Below, one piece after another: positions 7,442 through 15,643 of a stretch of DNA of 25,047 bases. Every line of letters begins with the position of its first letter. Positions within the stretch are counted from its first letter, which is position 1. The position numbers and the translations under genes are program-made. This stretch comes from Candidatus Hydrogenedentota bacterium (GTDB lineage: Bacteria > Hydrogenedentota > Hydrogenedentia > Hydrogenedentales > SLHB01): assembly GCA_045863335.1 (NCBI GenBank), contig BTVY01000068.1:1-25047 (forward strand), in the 5' to 3' direction. The notes beneath the pieces were generated by a model. The model was not told where the DNA came from. It was given only the letters and a program-made list of their open reading frames with translations, and ran no database searches.

Positions 7442-8293
7442 CTAAAAGCTCGGCTCAGGGGGAAAGAGTAGGTCTCGATTCGCCATCAGTTCCTCGCAGG
7501 TGTCAATATCATCCGGTATGGGAATGAGAATGATTGGGTTGAGTCCAGGGTCATCCCATTGGTCCGGGTTATTGGGCGAGTTCAGAATACGAAGCGATGC
7601 ACCGGCCACCAATTGCTCCGAATCGTCTACCACGGTGCCCCGCAGACTCCCATCGGAGTAAAGCGTCACGTAGTTCTGGAAGATCTCACGGCGGGCGATA
7701 TAGATTTCGCCCTCGATCAGTCCGAACAGCTTCACAAATACGGTAACGCCCGGCTTACCGTCATTGTCCGCGTCGTTAATGAGGGGATCGTTGGGGTCCA
7801 TTGAAAGCGGCAGGTCCGGGTTCCCGTCGATACCAATCAATGTGGGCGTAGCGGGCCGATATAGTTTCCATTCCCCGTTCTCTTTGTAGACCTCGACTTC
7901 TGTACTTCGGGGTAGAATCGCTTGCGTGGCCTCGTCGGGGAATGTTGAGACAAAGGGTTGGTTCGATTTTTGTTCCGCATGGCAAAAGCAGTCGTACTCG
8001 ACAAGTTTGCCGTCTTCCATGACCAAGTCCGTGAAGCCATACGAAATGATGAACGTGGAGAGCGGCCCATTGGGCGTCTCGCCTTCGTACGCGACCACGT
8101 CGTAGTGGGCATAATGCCCCGCCATAGCTTCCTTGGCTTCATTCTTGGTAGCCGGTTTCACCCAGTTCGGATCGTTGCTCGGGGTTTCATACAGGGGGCT
8201 TTCCGGCCAGGGTTTCGGATTTGAACATCCAAGGTGAAAAAGAGATCCGAGAGCCACTGCGGCAAGCGTTAATTTAAGCGTAGATGATGGCAC
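7442..8293 (-). CDS. Hypothetical lipoprotein
   Basis: Probable GTG start at 8293 after GGGGGA. Hydrophobic signal with lipobox-like HLG-C. Acidic mature part with a DxDxDG-type loop (DADNDGKPG). Confidence 0.7.
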   Translation of the reverse strand: MPSSTLKLTLAAVALGSLFHLGCSNPKPWPESPLYETPSNDPNWVKPATKNEAKEAMAGHYAHYDVVAYEGETPNGPLSTFIISYGFTDLVMEDGKLVEYDCFCHAEQKSNQPFVSTFPDEATQAILPRSTEVEVYKENGEWKLYRPATPTLIGIDGNPDLPLSMDPNDPLINDADNDGKPGVTVFVKLFGLIEGEIYIARREIFQNYVTLYSDGSLRGTVVDDSEQLVAGASLRILNSPNNPDQWDDPGLNPIILIPIPDDIDTCEELMANRDLLFPPEPSF

Positions 8294-8610
8294 GACCTGA
8301 GATCCCCCGTATAGACAACGTTTCGGTTCCGAACTTCGACCAAGTGTATCGTCTTCAGGGACGGGATTCATTTCGCCGTCGCAGTCATCCAATGGCATTC
8401 TCTAACGGATGTCTGCGTGTAGGAGTTTCATTATCCTTTTGGCGTGGGCGAGATTCATCAAGGGTGATCACTTTCGCCGGAGGCCGAAAGGCGGGCAAGC
8501 ATTCCGATGATGTCACTGACACCCCGGATGGCAACGTAAACGGTAACCGTCGAGTACCATGCTACGCACGCCATGGTCAACGACCACCAAAACCAGTGTT
8601 CAGGCATGGC

Positions 8611-10095
8611 CTAGTCCCTTTCGGTTCGCGTGCGCGCTGTTTTGGGTTTTAACAGGGAGCCGACCACCATGGCCGTTCCAGCGATGAGGTATGTCGCAAT
8701 ATTCGAAAAGTGGGGCCCGACGATGTCCCTCGCGAAATGCCGGGTTGACGGGAGTTGTTCCATAACCAGAAACGCGATGGGGATTGTCGCGCCGCAGATG
8801 ATTGCGCCCGCGGCGCCCCAACTGTTCGCGCGCTTCCAATAGCAGCAAGCAATCAACAGGACGGCCATGCTCGAAAGGTAGATGTTTCCCGTAACGGTCA
8901 GGTAATCCCACAGGTTGCCGCGAAGAGGATACCAGAGTCCATAAAAGAGCAAGAAGACGCCAATCAGTGCCACGATCGCCCGGCTGATCAGCAGTCCGCG
9001 CTTTTCCGGCCATTGTTGCTTGTGGAACGGTGCGAGGATGTCATTGTAGATGACGCTGGACCACGTCAACATGTATGCCGAGTCCGTCGACATGTCGGCG
9101 GCCAGCATGGCGGCCACCAGGATGCCCATCAGCCCGACGGGGGCGATCTGGCCCAGCAGCTTGGGCATGGCAAGGAGCGTGTTCTCGCCCACCTCCTCGG
9201 GAGTAAGTACGGTCAGCGCGGCGATTCCCCAAATCACCGGAATCAACCAGCGGCACAGGAAGAAGAAACTCGTGCGGGTGTAAACTTGGCGTCCCGTGCG
9301 CGTGTCTTTTGCGGCCAAGAGCCGTTGAATGGTCGTCTGCCAGGTAAGCACCATCGCAACACTCAGCATGCCATTGGCCACGACGTATTCCCATCCCATT
9401 TCCGGATGTACGAAAGGATTGAACCCGCCGGCGCCGTAATGGTCCTCAACCGCCGCGGCCATGTTGCCCCATCCCACATTGATAAGAATCAAGACCGTGA
9501 TGGCCAGCAGGCCGGCGCTCATGACAATAAACTGGAGGAAGTCGGTGACGAGGACAGATAACATTCCCCCAAGGACCGTGTAGATGCCAACGCACACCAA
9601 GAGCGCGGTCATCGTGATTTCGAGATACGTCGGATCGAAACCGCACACGGTCACCAGGAAGTCACCGCCCGTGCGCAGAAAGACCCCCATGTTGAGCAGG
9701 CCGCCCAGCACAATGACAACGCCGCTGAGCCATCGAATTCGCGAGCCAAACCGCAATTGGAACAGTTCCGGGATGGTCATCACCCCGGCATCCCGAAGGG
9801 GCTTGACGCAAAACCCGGTGTAGCCCACGAAGAACATGGCAAGGAAGGCGAGTATGCCGGGCGTCGCCCCGGCGAAGCCGCTCTTGTAGCCGCTTTGCGC
9901 CGTGTACATGCACGTCACGATGCCAAATTCGGTAGCGGCAAGCGATGCGATGCCGAGATACAAGTTCATCTCACGGCCGGCAAGCAGAAACTGGTCGACC
10001 CGAACCACGTAGCGGCGAACGGCGATCCCGGCAATCATCGTCGCGATGAGGTAACATCCCACGATGCTGCCGTCGATCCAACTGAAGTGAGTCAC
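8611..10095 (-). CDS. Sodium:solute symporter (SSS/SLC5) family protein
   Basis: GTG start with GAAGGGG RBS. About 13 TM segments. FLLAGR, SLAATEFG, TIPELFQLRFG, YTVLGGMLSVLVTDFLQF, AAMLAADMST. Confidence 0.93.
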   Translation of the reverse strand: MTHFSWIDGSIVGCYLIATMIAGIAVRRYVVRVDQFLLAGREMNLYLGIASLAATEFGIVTCMYTAQSGYKSGFAGATPGILAFLAMFFVGYTGFCVKPLRDAGVMTIPELFQLRFGSRIRWLSGVVIVLGGLLNMGVFLRTGGDFLVTVCGFDPTYLEITMTALLVCVGIYTVLGGMLSVLVTDFLQFIVMSAGLLAITVLILINVGWGNMAAAVEDHYGAGGFNPFVHPEMGWEYVVANGMLSVAMVLTWQTTIQRLLAAKDTRTGRQVYTRTSFFFLCRWLIPVIWGIAALTVLTPEEVGENTLLAMPKLLGQIAPVGLMGILVAAMLAADMSTDSAYMLTWSSVIYNDILAPFHKQQWPEKRGLLISRAIVALIGVFLLFYGLWYPLRGNLWDYLTVTGNIYLSSMAVLLIACCYWKRANSWGAAGAIICGATIPIAFLVMEQLPSTRHFARDIVGPHFSNIATYLIAGTAMVVGSLLKPKTARTRTERD

Positions 10096-10349
10096 GCGCT
10101 ATCCCCTTCCACGGCCGTTTCGCCCTGCACCCCTGGCCCTGAAGCCGATCCCGGAGTCAATACTTCAGGACCCGGCCGCGCGGAATTCTTGCACGCGGGA
10201 GAAAACCGAATCAAGCTATCGGCGGGTGCACGTCGATGCAAACGCATTGGCGGCTGGCTAGTGGGAAGGCGTATTTGGTAAATTCGACTGGGGCCGGCGG
10301 TGGGGCGTTGGCTGATGGCACAGCCATCGGTTTAATGAGGTAGATACCC

Positions 10350-11375
10350 TTGTTCCAACTCTTACGGGCGCACGATACGGGATTGGTTGAACTGGACTGC
10401 GGCGATTGCGGCGTGCTCGTCTGTCCCGGTTTGCAAGGGCGAATCTTCTGCCGGATTGAGAATGATCTGGTGCACCGGCTCGACATTGTCGCACTCGAGT
10501 CTCCATCACGTACCGGCTTCAACAACCTTGGCGGCAATTCCCTGTGGCCCGCGCCCGAGGGTGGTCCTTTCGGTTTCAACTATCTCCCCGGTAGCAACGA
10601 TTGGGTTGTCCAGGAGGGTATCGCCGAGGTCCCGGCACTCGTGACCCATCGAGAGGCGGCGAAGGCCGTCCTGGAAAAGCAAATCAACTTGATCAACAGG
10701 AAGGGCGTCGCGATCGCGATGACCTTCCGCCGGGTGGTTTCAGTGCACGGTACCGATGGACCTCCGGAAGGTTTCGATCTTGCTGGCTTGACCTATCGCA
10801 CGGAAGACACCTTCGAATTGTCGGGCTCGTATCATCCCGAGGACGTCCTTCTGGCGCCCTGGTCGCTCGAACAGTTCCCGGGAGCAGAAGGAGTGACCGC
10901 CTTCTGCAAGGTGGACGCGCCCAAGGATGCGATCAACGGCGATTTCTACGGCTCGCCAAAAGAACGAATCGCCTACGGAAAGGACTTTTTCACTTTTGCC
11001 CTAGGCGGTGAAGCCCGCCAACAGATCGGGGTCAAAGTCGCTGCCAATCCCGCGTTGATTGGCGCCATCGATTCCAGCCGGTCGTTACTCATGTTACGCA
11101 AGACGGCGCCGCAGGACGGCATCTATTTCAATATCGCTGACAACGATCAGCCTCGGGGTCCTTATTCAGCGTCCGATCTCTACAGTATTTTCAACGGCGG
11201 TGAACTGAACTTTTTTGAATTGGAGACAATCGGCGCCATGAACGTTGTGGATGGGAAGCTTGCTCCGAGCACGCTGGTCTCTGAAACCACGCTGCTGAAA
11301 GGAGACTCGAACGAGTTGAAAAGGTACTTGGCCGAATGCGAGGGGCTTCGGCTTGAAGAGTGCCTTCCTGAATAG
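10350..11375 (+). CDS. DUF6786-like protein (probable galactose mutarotase-like beta-sandwich)
   Basis: TTG start after GAGG. Motifs VCPGLQGRIF, NLGGNSLWPAPEGGPFG, WSLEQF, FFELETIG resemble DUF6786 proteins. No signal peptide. Confidence 0.65.
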   Translation: MFQLLRAHDTGLVELDCGDCGVLVCPGLQGRIFCRIENDLVHRLDIVALESPSRTGFNNLGGNSLWPAPEGGPFGFNYLPGSNDWVVQEGIAEVPALVTHREAAKAVLEKQINLINRKGVAIAMTFRRVVSVHGTDGPPEGFDLAGLTYRTEDTFELSGSYHPEDVLLAPWSLEQFPGAEGVTAFCKVDAPKDAINGDFYGSPKERIAYGKDFFTFALGGEARQQIGVKVAANPALIGAIDSSRSLLMLRKTAPQDGIYFNIADNDQPRGPYSASDLYSIFNGGELNFFELETIGAMNVVDGKLAPSTLVSETTLLKGDSNELKRYLAECEGLRLEECLPE

Positions 11376-11440
11376 AGATGGACTCGTCCGCGGTCATTAC
11401 ATTGTAACGCCATGATAGCGCGTACAGGAGGAGATGAGGC

Positions 11441-12607
11441 ATGGGATACCTGGAAGAGAAGGAGAAGGACGCGAGGCTCTCGAATGTGCGCGGTATACTG
11501 GCAAAGAAGGGATTGGATGCGGCACTCGTTTACTATGACGAGTTTAATATCGGGAATGGCTGGTATCTGACGGGGTGGTGCCCGCAGTTTGAGAGCGGGG
11601 CGGTGCTCATTCCGAAGGCGGGCAAGCCGATGCTGCTGGGTGGTCCGGAAAGCGAGCCGTTTGCAAAGCTGGACAGCGCCATCACCGAAACCCGGAATTT
11701 TCCGGTCTTCATGGTCCCCGATGAAGAGTATCCCAACGCCAAGATTATCGATTTCCCCACCTTGTTCCGCGAACTGAAGCGCGGCGGCAAACGCTTGAAG
11801 AAGATTGGGATCGTCGGGGGGGATCGCATGCCGGCAGCGTGTTACCGGCAAATTGTGGAAGGCTTCCAGGGTGTCAAACTCATTGACATCACCCAGGAGT
11901 TTGTCACCCTCCGCTATATGAAGTCGCGCTGGGAACTCAACCAGATTCGTGCGGCTTTCGCACTCGCGGACACCTGCTACGATTCCATGAAGCGAGCCAT
12001 CCGGCCTGGACGCACCGAAATCGAAGTGGCGGCCGCGGGCGAATACGCGGCCCGCAGCAGAGGGGCTTCCGGGTTCGGATTCAGCGCGATCGTCGGTTCG
12101 GGTCCGCGTTCGAACGCGGTGGTCCCCACGGCCAGCGCGAAGAAGCTCAAGGCGAACGAACTCGTCATGATCGGCATCGCACCGAAGGTTCGGGGGTATG
12201 CCGGCGTGGTAGGCGACTCGCTGCCGGTCTCCGGAAAATACACGCGCAAGCAGGCAGACGCCATCGAGCACCTCAAGGAAGTCTTTCGTCTGACCAAGGC
12301 GCAACTGGTTCCCGGCAATACCGGAAGAGAAATCGACGCTCCCGGAAGGGCCTACTTTAAGAAGCATGGTCTTCTCAAGTATCTGGTTTGCCCTTTCGCG
12401 CATACCATCGGGTTGCACGAGGCGGAGGCCCCGTTCTTCGGACCCAACGGCGCGGATCCCTTAAAGCCGGGAATGGCCGTGTGCGTCGATATTAGTTTCT
12501 TCGGACACCCCGAGTGGCACGGATTGAGAATCGAAACGGGGTACGAGATTACCGCCAAAGGCCCTGTGCCTTTCAGCAAGAAAATGGACCGCCTTCTGAC
12601 GTCCTGA
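11441..12607 (+). CDS. M24-fold (Xaa-Pro peptidase / creatinase family) protein with non-canonical active site
   Basis: AGGAGG RBS. Creatinase-N domain (GLDAALV, WYLTGW), linker LRYMKSRWE, pita-bread domain (IRPGRTEIEV, HTIGL, LKPGMAVCVD, GLRIET). Confidence 0.9.
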   Translation: MGYLEEKEKDARLSNVRGILAKKGLDAALVYYDEFNIGNGWYLTGWCPQFESGAVLIPKAGKPMLLGGPESEPFAKLDSAITETRNFPVFMVPDEEYPNAKIIDFPTLFRELKRGGKRLKKIGIVGGDRMPAACYRQIVEGFQGVKLIDITQEFVTLRYMKSRWELNQIRAAFALADTCYDSMKRAIRPGRTEIEVAAAGEYAARSRGASGFGFSAIVGSGPRSNAVVPTASAKKLKANELVMIGIAPKVRGYAGVVGDSLPVSGKYTRKQADAIEHLKEVFRLTKAQLVPGNTGREIDAPGRAYFKKHGLLKYLVCPFAHTIGLHEAEAPFFGPNGADPLKPGMAVCVDISFFGHPEWHGLRIETGYEITAKGPVPFSKKMDRLLTS

Positions 12608-12640
12608 TTTGGCGCGGGTGACAGGTAAGGGAGAGTGTGC

Positions 12641-13507
12641 ATGCAGGTCGTACTCGGTTTCGACATGGAAACGGATATCGGCAGTTGGACGCCGTTCTAC
12701 GAGGGACTCGTCCACGGGACGCCTGTCATTCTCGATATACTCGAGCGACATGATGTCAACGCGACGTTCTTCTATACCGGAGACGCCGCGCGCAAGCACC
12801 CGGAGAACGTCCAGAGCGTTCTGGCAAAGAAGCATGAAATTGGGGCGCATACGCTCTTTCACGAGACGATCGGGGATTCGCTGTTCGACATTCCGGGCAT
12901 GATGCCGATTCTCGCGGACGAGGTGCCCGAACGATTGCGGCTATGCACGGAGTGGATAGAGGACGTGGCGGGGGTGCGTCCGGTGTCCTTTCGCTGTCCA
13001 CGCCTGTTCGGATCGACGGCCGTGGTCAACGCCCTGGATTCGCTGGGCTATCTTGTCGATGCCACGTATCCCATGTACTACTTCCGCGAACGATTGCGGC
13101 CCTATCATCCCAGCCGCGAGGATTGGACCCAGGAAGGCGATCTTCGCATCCTGGAGCTTCCTAACTTCGCCGACCTGTCCATGCAGTCCCAAGACCCCTA
13201 CGGACGCGACATGGATCAGTGGCCGATCTTTCGCACAGCGAGCGCCGAAGCCCTGCTGCGTCACATTGACGGCTTCTCCACGTATTGCGGGGAAAGGGAC
13301 ATCGAACCGTTTCTGTGTTTCTATTTTCATCCCTGGGAGTTTCACCCCATGCTCGAGGGGGAGATTCGCTTCGGCGAGGGATGCGTCAGACCGGATCCAT
13401 TCATAATCAAGAACTGCGGTCCCTATGCGGCCGAACAACTCGACATTCTGATCGAACGGCTCCGCGAGCGCGGAGCGGAGTTTATACAGGCACGACAGGC
13501 AGCGTAA
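12641..13507 (+). CDS. CE4 / NodB-homology polysaccharide-deacetylase-fold hydrolase (PuuE/PgdA-like subgroup)
   Basis: AAGGGAG RBS. Motif 1 LGFDMETD, ATFFYTG, motif 2 HEIGAHTLFH, motif 3 SFRCPR, motif 5 YFHPWEF. No signal peptide. Confidence 0.9.
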   Translation: MQVVLGFDMETDIGSWTPFYEGLVHGTPVILDILERHDVNATFFYTGDAARKHPENVQSVLAKKHEIGAHTLFHETIGDSLFDIPGMMPILADEVPERLRLCTEWIEDVAGVRPVSFRCPRLFGSTAVVNALDSLGYLVDATYPMYYFRERLRPYHPSREDWTQEGDLRILELPNFADLSMQSQDPYGRDMDQWPIFRTASAEALLRHIDGFSTYCGERDIEPFLCFYFHPWEFHPMLEGEIRFGEGCVRPDPFIIKNCGPYAAEQLDILIERLRERGAEFIQARQAA

Positions 13508-13518
13508 GGAGACAACAG

Positions 13519-14676
13519 GTGTTCAGAATCCCTGACAGTGAATACAAAACTCGCATGAAACGATTCCAGGAGAGTATCCGGGAAGCGGGCCTTGACGCGG
13601 CGCTGGTGCATTCCAACGAGGCTGAATTCGCCAATGTGCGCTATCTCTCCGAGTATTGGCCGACCTTTGAAAGCGCGGGCGTGTTCGTACCGGCGACGGG
13701 CCGCCCCGTTCTCATTATCGGTCCAGAGAGCGAAGCCTACGCGAAAACGCGCAGCAAGATTCGCCAGATTGCGATGATGGTCGAGTACCGGGAATCGGCG
13801 GAACCCGAGTACCCTGGCATCCCGGTGGCGCATTTCAAGGACGTGGTGGCAAAAGCTATGCCCGGCAAAAAGCTCAAGAGGCTTGGGCTTGTAGGCTACT
13901 CGGTAATGCCCTTGCCGGTCTATCACAGCCTCCGCCGCGAGCTGCCCAAGGTGGAACTCGTGAAAGCAGACGACACATTGCTCGCGTTACGGATGAGGAA
14001 AAGTCCGGCTGAGATCAAGTTGCTGAAGAAGGCATACGAAATCAGCGAGGCCGCGGTTGGCGCGATTCTGAATGAAATTCGCCCCGGCATGACGGAACTC
14101 CAGGTCATAGGCATTGCGCAGCGCGAGATCTACAAGCACGGCGGCGAGTACGAGGGCCACGCCCTGTATTGCTTCTGCGGTCCCGCGACGAAGCATGCGA
14201 TTTCGCGGGCCACGCACAACAAGATCAGACGCAACGAGATAATCCAGCTCAACATAGGAGCGCGCGTCGGTGGATATGCCTCAAGTGTCGGCCTGCCCTG
14301 CTCGATTGGCAAGTTGCCCGCGCGCAAGAAGCGTCTGGTTGAGTTCGGTCTTGAAGCCCATCGCAAAACCATGGAGTTAATGCGAGCTGGCAAGCCGGCC
14401 GCCGAAGTCGTGCGCGAATATGAAGAATTCGTTCAACGAGCGGGTTTCAAGAAATACATGCTCTACGGTCCGTGCCACGGAGTTGGCATGATGGAAGTCG
14501 AGCGCCCCTGGATGGAATCCACATCCACCTATACGCTCGAGGAGAACATGATGTTTCAGGTCGACACCTTCTTCTACGACAAGGACTTTGGCTTGCGATG
14601 GGAGAATGGCGTCCGGGTCACCAAACGGGGCGTGGAGCGGCTGTCCCACGAATACATGAGAATCGTGGAAATCTGA
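13519..14676 (+). CDS. Second M24-fold protein with non-canonical active site
   Basis: AAGGAG RBS and GTG at 13519 (MFRIPDSEY). GLDAALV, VRYLSEYW, LRMRKSPAEI, IRPGMTELQV, HGVGM, FQVDTF, GLRWENG. Confidence 0.9.
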   Translation: MFRIPDSEYKTRMKRFQESIREAGLDAALVHSNEAEFANVRYLSEYWPTFESAGVFVPATGRPVLIIGPESEAYAKTRSKIRQIAMMVEYRESAEPEYPGIPVAHFKDVVAKAMPGKKLKRLGLVGYSVMPLPVYHSLRRELPKVELVKADDTLLALRMRKSPAEIKLLKKAYEISEAAVGAILNEIRPGMTELQVIGIAQREIYKHGGEYEGHALYCFCGPATKHAISRATHNKIRRNEIIQLNIGARVGGYASSVGLPCSIGKLPARKKRLVEFGLEAHRKTMELMRAGKPAAEVVREYEEFVQRAGFKKYMLYGPCHGVGMMEVERPWMESTSTYTLEENMMFQVDTFFYDKDFGLRWENGVRVTKRGVERLSHEYMRIVEI

Positions 14677-14841
14677 GGTGCACACGGCATTCGTGTAGGT
14701 CATGCCGCCGTACAAGGAATTCGCAAGAGTTCCCCGGGAGGAAACGGGCCGGCTTGGAATTCGTTCGCGGGAAGGTTTGAACCACCACAATCCTACTGTT
14801 TTCAATGTGTTGGACGTGAAGGAAGGGAAAGAAACAAAAAA

Positions 14842-14919
<78 letters not shown>

Positions 14920-15023
14920 GCCGAAGATCGGACGGTGCGAGGTATTACGATTGGAGACGCGATACCGGCCCGTGAATCCTGCAAAACATGCTTTCGCTCG
15001 TGCGACCGCACAAAGCGGCGCGT

Positions 15024-15053
15024 ATGATGGCATACTCCGGGGGCCCAAGTCAA
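15024..15053 (-). promoter_or_regulatory. Putative tRNA promoter with GC-rich discriminator
   Basis: Minus strand TTGACT, 18 bp, (TGn)CATCAT, followed by ACGCGCCGC. Confidence 0.4.
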
Positions 15054-15084
15054 CGCGGACGTCGGACTCTGACTCGACCTGCGA

Positions 15085-15498
15085 TTAAATCACACCGCCC
15101 CAGACTTCGAGGAACTCCGCCACCTCTTCGTACCCCAGCCATTTGGCCAGAGCGAAAGGAGTCATGTCAGTGATACCTTCATCTCGGGGATTGACGTTTG
15201 CGCCCCGGTTCACGAGAAGCTTGGCCAAATCCAGGCAGCCGTTTATTCCGGCCCAATGCAGGGCCGTCAGCCCGTAGCCGTCAGTCGCATTGATATCCGC
15301 CCCGTTTTCGAGGGCGGTCTTAACGTCTTCTACCCGGGCATTTCGGGCGGCGCTGTGGAACGCAGTATCCAGAGCGGGGTTGGGCGGTTCCATGACCTTC
15401 ATGATCAGCGTCACCGTCGCGGAATGGCCGCACTTGTACGCGCGGGTGACCGGAGTCTCGCCCAAAGCGTCTTCGAGATCGACCCAATTCTCAGCCAT
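15085..15498 (-). CDS. Small ankyrin-repeat protein (start uncertain)
   Basis: Repeats DALGETPVTRAYKCGH, TAFHSAARNAR..LENGADINATDGYGLTALHWAGING..LLVNRGANVN, TPFALAKWLGYEEV. Confidence 0.85.
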   Translation of the reverse strand: MAENWVDLEDALGETPVTRAYKCGHSATVTLIMKVMEPPNPALDTAFHSAARNARVEDVKTALENGADINATDGYGLTALHWAGINGCLDLAKLLVNRGANVNPRDEGITDMTPFALAKWLGYEEVAEFLEVWGGVI

Positions 15499-15592
15499 TG
15501 TCTGCAGCCTTGTCGCCGGCCTCGAGTAGTCCAGCGCAACACTGGACCGGCTCACGATCCGCCATGCACTTCACCCCGGCCTCCACACAGGT

Positions 15593-15621
15593 ATTGTATC
15601 GTCTGATGAACCGGGTGGCAA
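15593..15621 (-). promoter_or_regulatory. Putative sigma70 promoter for the ankyrin gene
   Basis: Minus strand TTGCCA (15621-15616), 17 bp, TACAAT (15598-15593). Confidence 0.55.
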
Positions 15622-15643
15622 CGGGTTCAGATACCCGGGGAAT

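Noticed and set aside
7945-8000. Heme-binding motif in the lipoprotein (YDCFCH)
   Set aside because: Spacing is CxCH, not CxxCH.
10316-10332. Sigma54 promoter (TGGCAC...) before the DUF6786-like gene
   Set aside because: The -12 position reads GG rather than the required GC.
13285-13518. N-terminal extension of the second M24 ORF
   Set aside because: Overlaps the CE4 gene by over 200 bp. A clear SD and GTG exist at 13519.
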